Positions 10,374 through 19,650 of a stretch of DNA of 64,000 bases are shown here, one piece after another. The stretch is from Clostridia bacterium. GTDB taxonomy: Bacteria > Bacillota > Clostridia > Christensenellales > UBA1242. The DNA lies in NCBI GenBank assembly GCA_041670165.1, contig JBAXZR010000001.1, positions 52,930 through 116,929 on the forward strand, given 5' to 3'. The notes under the pieces are model-generated. The model was not told the origin of the DNA. It was given only the letters and a program-made list of their open reading frames with translations, and ran no database searches. Made by a program: the position numbers and the translations under genes. How positions within the stretch are numbered: position 1 is the stretch's first letter; every line of letters starts with the position of its first letter.

Positions 10374-12989
10374 ATGGCACTTTCACCAATGATGCAACAT
10401 TATTTAACCACCAAAGAAAAGTATAAAGATACAATCCTTTTTTATCGTTTGGGTGATTTTTACGAAATGTTTTTTGAAGATGCAATAACAGTTTCCAAAG
10501 AACTTGATCTCACATTAACAGGAAAAGATTGCGGACTTGATGAAAGAGCTCCAATGTGCGGAATTCCATATCATGCTGCAGAAAATTACATTTCAAAGCT
10601 AATAACTTTAGGTTTCAAAGTTGCAATTTGTGAGCAACTTACAGAGCCTACAAAAGGTAATAAACTGGTTGAACGAGATGTTGTAAGAATTGTTACTGCA
10701 GGAACGGTTACAGAAGACAGTATGCTTGAAGAAACAAAAAATAATTTTCTTGCTGCTGTTTGTGTTAATGGCTTTAATGTTGGTGTTTCATATTGCGACC
10801 TTACAACTGGTGAAACTTATGCAAGCGACATGGAAGATGACAAAGACTTCACAATGCTTTCAGATTTTCTTGCTCGTGTTTTACCCGTTGAGATAATTTG
10901 TTCGCACGAAGCAACTAGCATAGGCAACAAACTTGCCACAACACTTCTTAATCAAACACCAAAATTTTTTGAAAAAAATGAAATTTCTCTTGAAGATGGA
11001 AAAAATGTTTTAAAAGAGCAGTTTGGGGAAAATTTTGAAAATGAATTTGGTTTTAGTGGTGAAAAGGAAAGCATCAAAGCTGTTGCAATGTTAACAGAGT
11101 ATCTTAAAGAAACACAAAAAAAATCGTTTTCTCATTTGAACACAATTATTGTAGTTAAACCAAATAGTTTCATGAATCTAGATTTCAACACAAGACGCAA
11201 TCTTGAAATTTCTGAAACAATGAATGGCAGAAAAAAGCGTGGCTCATTACTATGGCTACTTGACAAAACTGAAACTAGCATGGGAGCAAGGCTTCTTAAG
11301 CAGTGGGTTGATGAACCTTTGTTTGATGAAAGAGGAATTGCATTAAGGCTTGCTGGTGTTAATGAGCTTTTTTCTTCAAATAATAAACGAGAATCTCTTA
11401 TTCAAGTGCTTTCAAAATTTTGTGATATTGACAGAATATGTGGCAAGATTTCGCTTGGAAATCTTAATCCAAGAGATTGTCTAAGTCTTGCTTCTTCGCT
11501 TTCTAGTGTGCCTGAACTTAAAAAACAATTAACAGGATTCAGCAGTAAAATTCTTGTTTCATTACAAGGTGGTATTGATAATTTTGAGCCTATTGAGAAT
11601 GCAATTTTTGATGCAATAAACCTAGATGCTCCAGCACTTTTAACTGGCGGCGGCTATATTAAAAATGGTTACAATGCTCAACTTGATCAGTTAAGAAATT
11701 TTGCATCTGGCGGAAAAGATGTACTTACAAAAGTTGAAGCAAAAGAAAGAGAAAGAACTGGAATTAAAAATTTAAAAATTTCTTACAATCGTGTTTTTGG
11801 TTATTATATTGAAGTTAACAAATCTCAATCAAATCTTGTTCCATTTGATTACATAAGAAAGCAAACTGTTGCCAACAATGAAAGATACATAACTGAAGAA
11901 CTTAAAGAACTTGAAGAAAAAATTGTTTCAAGCGAAGAACAATCAACAAAACTTGAACTTAAAATTTTTGAAACAATAAGACAATATCTTCTTTCAAATG
12001 TTGCTCATCTTCAAAAATTAGCAAAAATTGTGGCTAAAGTGGATTGTTTACAATCTCTCGCAACTGTTGCAGTTCGCCAAAATTATTGCATGCCAAAAGT
12101 AAGTTCAAAAATCAACAAAATTGACATTGTTGATGGTAGACACCCAGTTATTGAAGCGATTTTAAAAGATGATCAATTCATTTGTAACAACACATTATTA
12201 AATGACTCCACAGACAGAACCATGATTATAACTGGACCAAATATGGCAGGAAAAAGCACATATATGCGTCAAGTTGCCTTGATTACATTCATGGCGCATA
12301 TCGGCTCATTTGTGCCTGCCAAAAAGGCTGAGATTTCACTTACTGACCGAATTTTTACTCGTGTTGGTGCGAGTGATGACTTGGCTCTTGGACAAAGCAC
12401 TTTCATGGTTGAAATGCTTGAAGTTGCTACAATATTAAAAAATGCAACTTCAAAAAGTCTGTTAATTCTTGATGAAATTGGAAGAGGCACAGCAACATTT
12501 GATGGGCTTTCTATTGCATGGGCAGTTATGGAATATATTTCAAAAAATATCACAGCAAAAACATTGTTTTCAACTCATTTCCACGAACTAACCGAACTTG
12601 AAGGTGTTTTGGACGGAGTAAAAAATTATCGTATTTCTGTTAAAGAAATTGGTGACAAAGTTATTTTTTTAAGAAAAGTTGTTCGTGGTGGAACAAATAA
12701 AAGTTTTGGTATTGAAGTTGCAAGGCTTGCTGGAGTTCCTAATGAAGTTATTAGTAGAGCAAAAGAAATTTTGTCTAAGCTTGAAAAATCTGATATTAAT
12801 GTCATGTTTCCAGCTTTTAAAGAAGAAGACAAATCAAAACAGGTTGAAGACCTTAGCATAGCAAAAGAGATTATGAGAACTCTCGCGGACACTAATATTA
12901 ATCAAATTTCACCAATGCTAGCCTTTGACATGCTTGCAAATTTGGTTGAAAAAGCCAAAAAGGGGGCAGGAATAAATGGCAAAAATTAA
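10374..12989 (+). CDS. mutS: DNA mismatch repair protein MutS
   Basis: MALSPMMQHY...FYRLGDFYE N-terminus, Walker A GPNMAGKST, DEIGRGT. SD AGGAG lies 5 nt upstream of ATG 10374; the track start at 10359 is a TTG. Confidence 0.95.
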   Translation: MALSPMMQHYLTTKEKYKDTILFYRLGDFYEMFFEDAITVSKELDLTLTGKDCGLDERAPMCGIPYHAAENYISKLITLGFKVAICEQLTEPTKGNKLVERDVVRIVTAGTVTEDSMLEETKNNFLAAVCVNGFNVGVSYCDLTTGETYASDMEDDKDFTMLSDFLARVLPVEIICSHEATSIGNKLATTLLNQTPKFFEKNEISLEDGKNVLKEQFGENFENEFGFSGEKESIKAVAMLTEYLKETQKKSFSHLNTIIVVKPNSFMNLDFNTRRNLEISETMNGRKKRGSLLWLLDKTETSMGARLLKQWVDEPLFDERGIALRLAGVNELFSSNNKRESLIQVLSKFCDIDRICGKISLGNLNPRDCLSLASSLSSVPELKKQLTGFSSKILVSLQGGIDNFEPIENAIFDAINLDAPALLTGGGYIKNGYNAQLDQLRNFASGGKDVLTKVEAKERERTGIKNLKISYNRVFGYYIEVNKSQSNLVPFDYIRKQTVANNERYITEELKELEEKIVSSEEQSTKLELKIFETIRQYLLSNVAHLQKLAKIVAKVDCLQSLATVAVRQNYCMPKVSSKINKIDIVDGRHPVIEAILKDDQFICNNTLLNDSTDRTMIITGPNMAGKSTYMRQVALITFMAHIGSFVPAKKAEISLTDRIFTRVGASDDLALGQSTFMVEMLEVATILKNATSKSLLILDEIGRGTATFDGLSIAWAVMEYISKNITAKTLFSTHFHELTELEGVLDGVKNYRISVKEIGDKVIFLRKVVRGGTNKSFGIEVARLAGVPNEVISRAKEILSKLEKSDINVMFPAFKEEDKSKQVEDLSIAKEIMRTLADTNINQISPMLAFDMLANLVEKAKKGAGINGKN

Positions 12990-15075
12990 TATTCTTGAAA
13001 GCAGTGTATACAACAAAATCGCAGCGGGCGAAGTTGTTGAAAGGCCTGCTTCAGCTCTTAAAGAACTTATTGAAAACAGTATTGATGCAGGTAGCACAAG
13101 CATTTCTATTGAAATTGATGAGGGCGGAACAAAAAAAATCAAAGTTTCTGATAACGGCTGTGGAATTGAACCAGAAGATATAAAAAATGCGTTTTTGTGC
13201 CATGCAACTAGCAAAATTAAGAATGAACAAGATCTTGACTCAATTAAAACACTTGGATTTCGTGGTGAAGCACTTTCTTCAATCGCTGCCGTTTCATGTG
13301 TTTCTCTTGTAACAAAAACTAGTTTTAATGAAACTGCAACAAAAATTGTTTTGGAAGCAGGAGAAGTTAAGTCAGTTGAAGAAATGAGTTCACCTGTTGG
13401 AACAACAATCGTTGTTACAAATTTGTTTTACAATGTGCCAGCACGAATAAAATTTTTAAAAAAGCCTAAATATGAAGAGATAGACATTTCAAGCATGGTT
13501 TCTCGCATGATTCTTGCAAATCCCAACATTTCATTCAAGCTTATAATCAATGGTAAAATTGTGTATTCCACCATTGGTAGAGGCACTAAAGATGCAATTT
13601 TTGAAGTATACGGTGAAGAGATATTTAACAATTTGATTCCTGTATCTTACAAATCAGAAGATATAAACATTGAAGGCTATATTGGAAGCAAAAAAATTGT
13701 TAAATCAAATAGAACTTTTCAAACTTTAATTATTAATGGAAGATATGTTACAAATTTTCTTGTAAGCAGTGCAGTTCAAAATGCTTATGACTCTTTTCTT
13801 ATGAAAGGACAATTTCCATTTTATGTGCTAAATCTTTATTTGCCATTCAATAGTGTTGATGTAAATGTTCACCCAAACAAAATGGAAGTGAAATTTGACA
13901 ATCAAAACAAAATCTTTGCAATTTTCAATAAAGCAGTTTTTGAAGCACTTTCTGACTCGGATTTTATTGCAAAACCATTTGTTGAAGATAAAAAAGAAGA
14001 AAATTTAATTACTACAGAAAAACAAAATTCTTTTATTTTTCCAACAGAATTTCTTCAAAGTGCAAATGCGGAGCAAACACGAAAAGCTGAAAGCAATAAA
14101 TCGATAGAGAATAATAATAATTTGAATTATAACAAACCTTGTGAAAAAATATTTAATACTTTTAGAAAGCCTTGTGAATTAACTGAAGAAAAAACTGATG
14201 TTTATAATATCAATAAATCTTGTGAAAATAATAACAAAAATTTAAATGATTTTGATTGCAATAAATCAAGTGAAATAAATTATAATGATTTGAAAGAAGT
14301 TTCAAAAGAAAACGCAAAAATTTGTATTGAGTCTTTTAAAAAGGAAGAAAATTTTGTTAATGAAAATCATTTTTCTAGTCATAATTCATCATTAGAATTT
14401 AATTCTCCCAAAATTGGTGTTGAAGAAATTTTGCCTGAAGTTAAATTAAATAATTTTGAACAACAAAAAAGCATTCAAGTTCAAACAAAAATTTTTGAAG
14501 ATAGCAAAACTTGTAAAATCATTGGTGTTTTGTTTGATACATATATTCTTGTTCAATCAGATGAAGAAATATATTTAATTGATCAGCATGCAGCACATGA
14601 AAGACAGCTTTATGACAAAATTATGTCAGAAATTGATAGTCAATCAGTTGTAAAACAAGATATGCTTTTTCCATATTTAAGAGAAATCTCTGCTGAAGAG
14701 CATAATTTTATTGAAGAAAATATTGAAATTTTTGAAAAATCAGGTTTTGAAATTGATTTCTTTGGCAAAAACACAATTAGAATTTCTTGTGTTCCATTTG
14801 TTTTGAAAGATATCAACCTTGACCATTTTGTATCTACAGTTTTTTCTAACTTTCAAACAATAGCTAATAAACCGATTAATTATGCGATTGAAAAATTTAC
14901 ACAAATGGCTTGTAAAGCTGCAGTTAAAGCTGGAAATGTGTTATCACAAATTGAAATTGAAGTGCTTTTAAAAAAACTTGACGAAACAAAAGTTCTCCTT
15001 TGTCCACACGGAAGACCAATTGTTGTCGACATAACAAAAAAGGATATTGAAAAATGGTTCAAAAGAATAGTTTAA
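12976..15075 (+). CDS. mutL: DNA mismatch repair protein MutL
   Basis: GHKL ATPase motifs (ELIENSIDAG, DNGCGI, GFRGEAL), C-terminal dimerisation domain (DQHAAHER), long N/K-rich linker. Confidence 0.95.
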   Translation: MAKINILESSVYNKIAAGEVVERPASALKELIENSIDAGSTSISIEIDEGGTKKIKVSDNGCGIEPEDIKNAFLCHATSKIKNEQDLDSIKTLGFRGEALSSIAAVSCVSLVTKTSFNETATKIVLEAGEVKSVEEMSSPVGTTIVVTNLFYNVPARIKFLKKPKYEEIDISSMVSRMILANPNISFKLIINGKIVYSTIGRGTKDAIFEVYGEEIFNNLIPVSYKSEDINIEGYIGSKKIVKSNRTFQTLIINGRYVTNFLVSSAVQNAYDSFLMKGQFPFYVLNLYLPFNSVDVNVHPNKMEVKFDNQNKIFAIFNKAVFEALSDSDFIAKPFVEDKKEENLITTEKQNSFIFPTEFLQSANAEQTRKAESNKSIENNNNLNYNKPCEKIFNTFRKPCELTEEKTDVYNINKSCENNNKNLNDFDCNKSSEINYNDLKEVSKENAKICIESFKKEENFVNENHFSSHNSSLEFNSPKIGVEEILPEVKLNNFEQQKSIQVQTKIFEDSKTCKIIGVLFDTYILVQSDEEIYLIDQHAAHERQLYDKIMSEIDSQSVVKQDMLFPYLREISAEEHNFIEENIEIFEKSGFEIDFFGKNTIRISCVPFVLKDINLDHFVSTVFSNFQTIANKPINYAIEKFTQMACKAAVKAGNVLSQIEIEVLLKKLDETKVLLCPHGRPIVVDITKKDIEKWFKRIV

Positions 15076-15995
15076 AAAAATTTGTACTTGTCATTGTTGG
15101 ACCAACCGCAAGTGGAAAATCTTCTTTTGCTATTGAATGTGCCAAACATTTTAATGGGGTAATCATTTCTGCTGATAGCATGCAAATTTACAAAGAAATG
15201 AACATTGGAACTGCAAAACCATCTAAGGAAGAAATGCAAGGTATTGAGCATAAACTAATTGGTTCGCATTCGTTAAAAGACTCGTTTTCTGCTGCGGAAT
15301 TTTCGTTGGTTGCTAAAACAGAAATTGAAAAAGCATATCTTGAAGGGAAAATACCAATTATAGTTGGCGGAACTGGACTTTTTGTTCAATCTTTTATGTA
15401 TAACTATGATTTTAATCAAGTAAAACAAAATCCAGAAAAAAGAGAAGAAATCAATAAATTAATAGACGAAAAAGGGCTTGCTTATGTTTATGATATTTTA
15501 AAGGAAAAATCACCAGAAAGAGCATTGAAAATTCACCCTAATGACAAAATTAGGATTGTGAGAGCACTTGAAGTACTTGAAGAAAAAACTGAATTTGCTC
15601 CAAAAAAAGAAATTAGGAATGATTATGATTTTTTGCTTGTGGGAACAAATCTTCCTCGTGAATTACTATACGAAAGAATTAACAACAGAGTTGATGAGAT
15701 GATTAAAAATGGACTTATAAAAGAAATTGATGATTTGATTAAATCTGGCTACGAACAATATCTGATTCAATCAAAAGCAATTGGCTACAAAGAATTTCTT
15801 CCATTCATTCATGACGAAAAAACGCTTGAAGAATGCTCTGTAGTGGTTAAACAAATGACAAGAAATTATGCCAAAAGGCAACTTACTTGGTTTAGAGCAA
15901 TGAAAGAAATAATATGGTTTAATCCATTATTAGAAAAAGAACAAATATTAGAAATGATTAAGGATAAGGTAAATAAATATGAAAAATGCAATTGA
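15054..15995 (+). CDS. miaA: tRNA dimethylallyltransferase MiaA
   Basis: P-loop GPTASGKS, SADSMQIYKEMNIGTAKP, TRNYAKRQLTWF. Confidence 0.93.
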   Translation: MVQKNSLKKFVLVIVGPTASGKSSFAIECAKHFNGVIISADSMQIYKEMNIGTAKPSKEEMQGIEHKLIGSHSLKDSFSAAEFSLVAKTEIEKAYLEGKIPIIVGGTGLFVQSFMYNYDFNQVKQNPEKREEINKLIDEKGLAYVYDILKEKSPERALKIHPNDKIRIVRALEVLEEKTEFAPKKEIRNDYDFLLVGTNLPRELLYERINNRVDEMIKNGLIKEIDDLIKSGYEQYLIQSKAIGYKEFLPFIHDEKTLEECSVVVKQMTRNYAKRQLTWFRAMKEIIWFNPLLEKEQILEMIKDKVNKYEKCN

Positions 15996-17208
15996 ACTTG
16001 TAAAAGACTGTGAAAGCGAACTAACAAATAATTTTAAAAAAATTGAAGAAATTAGTCTATTTAATCAAGAAAAGGTGTTAAACGCTTTAAGAAATCAAAG
16101 ATTAGCTTCAAGACATTTTGTTCAAACAAACGGATATGGCTATTCAGATGAGGGTAGAGAAATTTTAGCAAGAGTATATGCGGAAATTTTTAAAGCCGAA
16201 GATGCGATTGTATCTCCATTTTTTGCATGTGGTTCTCATGCAATATCAGTTGTTTTATACGCAATATTAAGACCAAATGACACAATGTTGGCAATAACGG
16301 GTAAACCATATGACACTCTTGATGAAGTGATTAAAGGTGTAAGTGAAGATAGTGGAAGTTTAAAAGATTTTGGAATTAATTATGAACAAATTGACTTAAT
16401 TAATGGTGAAATAAACACTCAAGCTGTTCTGGAATATTTAAAATCAAAATCACCTAAACTTGTTTTTATTCAGCGTTCGAGAGGTTATTCAGCAAGAAAT
16501 CCGCTTGATTGCAAAAAAATTGCTGATATAATTTCACAAATACGCCAAATCAACAAAGAAGTATTTATTGTTGTTGACAACTGCTATGGTGAGTTTGTTC
16601 AAACAACAGAACCAACAGAATTTGGAGCTGATATTTGTGTTGGCTCACTCATAAAAAATCCCGGCGGCGGAATTGCTCCAACTGGCGGATATGTTGTTGG
16701 CACAAAGAGAGCAGTTGATTTGGTTGGAAAAAGATTGTTTTCACCTTCTCTAGGAACTGAAACAGGTTCATATGCCGGTGGCTATCGTTTGTTTTTTCAA
16801 GGGTTGTTTCTTGCTCCACATATTGTATCTCAAGCTGTTAAGGGCATGATGCTTTTAGGTGCAGTCGCAACAAAGCTTGGCTTCAAGATTTTTCCTCAAA
16901 CAAATGAACCACATTTAGATATCATAAAATCAATTGAATTTAACACAAAAGAGGAACTTATTGATTTTTGCCAACTCATTCAAGCTTATTCGCCTGTTGA
17001 AAGTTATGTTAAACCAGAACCTTGGGCAATGCCTGGTTACACAAGTGAAGTAATCATGGCTGCAGGAACATTTGTGCAAGGTGCAAGCATTGAGCTTAGT
17101 TGTGATGCTCCAATAAGAGCCCCATATATAATATACATTCAAGGCGGTTTAACATATGAACATGTTAAACTTGTTGCAATCAAAATGGCAGAAAAGTTTT
17201 TAAAATAA
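15979..17208 (+). CDS. YnbB-like PLP enzyme ('aluminium resistance protein' / Met gamma-lyase-like family)
   Basis: The N-terminal pattern ...FNQEKVLNALRNQRLASRHFVQTNGYGYSDEGRE and the length match my recollection of the YnbB family. That family commonly lies downstream of miaA in Firmicutes. Confidence 0.75.
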   Translation: MKNAIELVKDCESELTNNFKKIEEISLFNQEKVLNALRNQRLASRHFVQTNGYGYSDEGREILARVYAEIFKAEDAIVSPFFACGSHAISVVLYAILRPNDTMLAITGKPYDTLDEVIKGVSEDSGSLKDFGINYEQIDLINGEINTQAVLEYLKSKSPKLVFIQRSRGYSARNPLDCKKIADIISQIRQINKEVFIVVDNCYGEFVQTTEPTEFGADICVGSLIKNPGGGIAPTGGYVVGTKRAVDLVGKRLFSPSLGTETGSYAGGYRLFFQGLFLAPHIVSQAVKGMMLLGAVATKLGFKIFPQTNEPHLDIIKSIEFNTKEELIDFCQLIQAYSPVESYVKPEPWAMPGYTSEVIMAAGTFVQGASIELSCDAPIRAPYIIYIQGGLTYEHVKLVAIKMAEKFLK

Positions 17209-17460
17209 GTAATAATATAAATTATTTTCTTAAAAAAACGATAGAAGAAAAATTTGTTATTGAAAGAATTATTTTAATCATAAATTTTTCGATAACTAAA
17301 AATTTTTTAGAAAACACAAATCATAAATTAATTAAACAAACAAATTTATAATGTTTTAAAAATTTTGCTATGTACATTTTTGACATTTAATTAGGTTAAT
17401 AAAAAATCTCTCAAATCAAGTGAATTCCGTAGGGACACTTAAAAATGGGAGATTTTTTTG

Positions 17461-18156
17461 TTAGAATTTTCTAAATAAGCCAACAACTTTTCCTAAAATT
17501 TGGACATTTTTTGCATAAATTGGTTCAAATGCAGGATTTTCAGGTTGAAGTCTTATGCAATCTTTTTCTCTATAAAAAGTTTTTACAGTGGCATTTCCAT
17601 CAATCATGGCAACAATAACTTCTCCATTTTCCGCATCGTTTTTTTGTTCAACAACAACTTTGTCACCATTTAAAATTCCAATGTTTTGCATACTGTTACC
17701 AACAATTTTCAAAATAAATAGGTTTTCACCAGAAATTAGATTTTTTGGAATTTCATAGCTGTCCAAATAATTTTCTTCGGCAAAAATTGGAATGCCTGCT
17801 GCAACTTTTCCGATGTAAGGAACTTTTTTAAAAGAATTTTTATCAATTTGTTCTTCGTCTTCGTTGAAATTTTTAACAATTTCTAATGTTCTTTTTTTGT
17901 TTGCTGAGCGTTTGATTAAACCACGCTCTTCAAGTTCATTAAGATAATATTGAATTGTTGCAGTGGAAGTTACATTAACGCATGGCATCATTTCACGAAT
18001 TGAAGGGGAGTATGAATGCTCTTTGATATATTTATCAATAAAAGATAAGAGTTCATTTAATCTCATATCACTTTTTAATTTTGTTGTTCTTCTTTTTAAT
18101 GCTCCAGAATTAAATTTGCTTTTTTCAAAAAAAATTTCTTTTTCATAATTTTCCAT
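17461..18156 (-). CDS. lexA: SOS repressor LexA with an N-terminal extension of roughly 25 aa
   Basis: wHTH (YSPSIREMM...STATIQYYLNELEERGLI), cleavage site VAAGIPI, S24 peptidase GNSM...K. GAGG SD upstream of ATG 18156. Confidence 0.92.
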   Translation of the reverse strand: MENYEKEIFFEKSKFNSGALKRRTTKLKSDMRLNELLSFIDKYIKEHSYSPSIREMMPCVNVTSTATIQYYLNELEERGLIKRSANKKRTLEIVKNFNEDEEQIDKNSFKKVPYIGKVAAGIPIFAEENYLDSYEIPKNLISGENLFILKIVGNSMQNIGILNGDKVVVEQKNDAENGEVIVAMIDGNATVKTFYREKDCIRLQPENPAFEPIYAKNVQILGKVVGLFRKF

Positions 18157-18221
18157 TGTTTACCTCACAAAAAACTTTTACTTCTCTTGAGTGTGAGTAT
18201 AACATAACGAAATTAATTTAA

Positions 18222-18235
18222 CAAACAAATGTTTG
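18222..18235. promoter_or_regulatory. Candidate LexA operator (variant Cheo/SOS box)
   Basis: Perfect palindrome CAAAC-AAAT-GTTTG, with the same 5-N4-5 geometry as the Firmicute CGAAC-N4-GTTCG box. It overlaps the putative -35 of a lexA promoter (TATACT -10 on the - strand). Confidence 0.45.
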
Positions 18236-18467
18236 AAATATTTTAAACAACATAAAAACATTTTTCAAAAAAAATATAAATTTTGTAATTGTTATGATAA
18301 ATATTTATAAAAATATAAACTAATTTAAATAAAGAATTGTGATAAACTTATTCGATAAGATTGAAAAATGAAATTATATTATTTATATACATTTCTTCAT
18401 CTATAAAACTTAAATAGAATAGAAAAAAAATATAATTATGTAAGCTTATAAATAATGTTTAAGATTA

Positions 18468-19505
18468 TTATCTTAATTGAATTTTTCCAGCAGCATCTCT
18501 ACGAATGTCTTCACTTATAGCAGCATAATGCTTTTTGGTGGTGTTGACATCTTTATGCCCAAGAATATCCGCAACAACATATATATCTTTTGTTTCACGA
18601 TACAAATTTGTGCCAAATGTGCTTCTCAATTTGTGGGGAGAAATATTTTTTAATGGTGAAGCAATAAGAGCAAATTTTTTAACCAAATTTTCTACAGCTC
18701 TTGGACAAATTCTTTTTTTCTGTAAGCTTAAAAACAAGGCTGGTTGAGAGTCATTTGGTTGCAGAATTGTTTTTCTGAAATCAATCCAACATTTTAGTGC
18801 ATCAGCCACTTCATCAGAAAAATATAAAACAACTTGATTACCGCCTTTTCTTGTGATTTTGAAAGCATTTGCTTCAAAATCAATGTCTGAAACATTTAAT
18901 CCAACGCATTCACTTATTCTAACTCCAGTTCCAAGAAACAAGGAGAGCATGGCAACATCACGCACACTTGTTTTATTCAAAAATTCTTTTTGCTTTTTTG
19001 AAAGTCCATTACCATTTTCAGCAACATTAAGAATTGAAGCAACTTCATTAATTTCTAATCGAATAATATCTTTTTGATGAAGTTTTGGGAGTTTAACTTT
19101 TGTGGTTTCATTTGAGGCTATTAGGTCTTTGTTAAATAAAAATTGAAAAAATTTACGAATTGAAGATAGTTTACGACTTTTACCTCTTTCTGTGTTTATA
19201 AAAGTTTTTCCTTTAACACTATACCTTGAGATATAACTTAAAAAATATTCAATTTGTGTAGATTTAATAGTTGAAAGTTGGCTAAGTGTTATTTGCTTAA
19301 TTGATGAGTCAAAAATTTTTGATGACAAAAAAGAGAAAAAGCATTTCAAATCTCTTGCATAGCCGAGTCTTGTAAGTTCAGAAGTGCATTGTTCAATTGA
19401 TATAAAAAAATCAAAGCAAAATGAGGGCAGAGTAGAAATGATTTTGCTTGTATCTTCATTTGCATTATTAGCTCTTGTAACAAAATAATCATCACTTTTT
19501 TTCAT
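18468..19505 (-). CDS. Tyrosine recombinase / integrase (XerC/XerD-like)
   Basis: C-terminal catalytic pattern ...HKLRSTFGT...ILGHKDVNTTKKHY, N-terminal SAM-like core-binding domain. Start moved to ATG 19505 (MKKSDDYF), because the longer track ORF runs through the serS promoter. Confidence 0.85.
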   Translation of the reverse strand: MKKSDDYFVTRANNANEDTSKIISTLPSFCFDFFISIEQCTSELTRLGYARDLKCFFSFLSSKIFDSSIKQITLSQLSTIKSTQIEYFLSYISRYSVKGKTFINTERGKSRKLSSIRKFFQFLFNKDLIASNETTKVKLPKLHQKDIIRLEINEVASILNVAENGNGLSKKQKEFLNKTSVRDVAMLSLFLGTGVRISECVGLNVSDIDFEANAFKITRKGGNQVVLYFSDEVADALKCWIDFRKTILQPNDSQPALFLSLQKKRICPRAVENLVKKFALIASPLKNISPHKLRSTFGTNLYRETKDIYVVADILGHKDVNTTKKHYAAISEDIRRDAAGKIQLR

Positions 19506-19602
19506 GTTATAACATGTTAACATAATTATAAAAAAAAGTCTAATTGCTACTTTATTAAAATTTAATTCTTGCCCATAAAAAGGCTTAAAAAGCAAAACTT
19601 TG

Positions 19603-19631
19603 TTGACATAATCGTTCTCCTTAGATATAAT
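19603..19631 (+). promoter_or_regulatory. Consensus SigA promoter for serS
   Basis: TTGACA (19603-19608), 17-nt spacer, TATAAT (19626-19631), then AAGGAGA SD and ATG 19651. Confidence 0.65.
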
Positions 19632-19650
19632 TAGACAAGGAGATGACAAT

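Noticed and set aside
17400-17458. A long imperfect hairpin (AAAAAATCTCTC...AAGTG...CACTT...GGGAGATTTTTT) between the YnbB-like gene and lexA, considered as a structured ncRNA.
   Set aside because: It is most simply read as a bidirectional terminator for the two convergent genes. It has A/T runs on both sides and no further conserved-looking structure.
19506-19650. A T-box leader expected upstream of serS.
   Set aside because: The consensus promoter leaves only about 13-20 nt of leader. There is no Stem I, T-box sequence or terminator.
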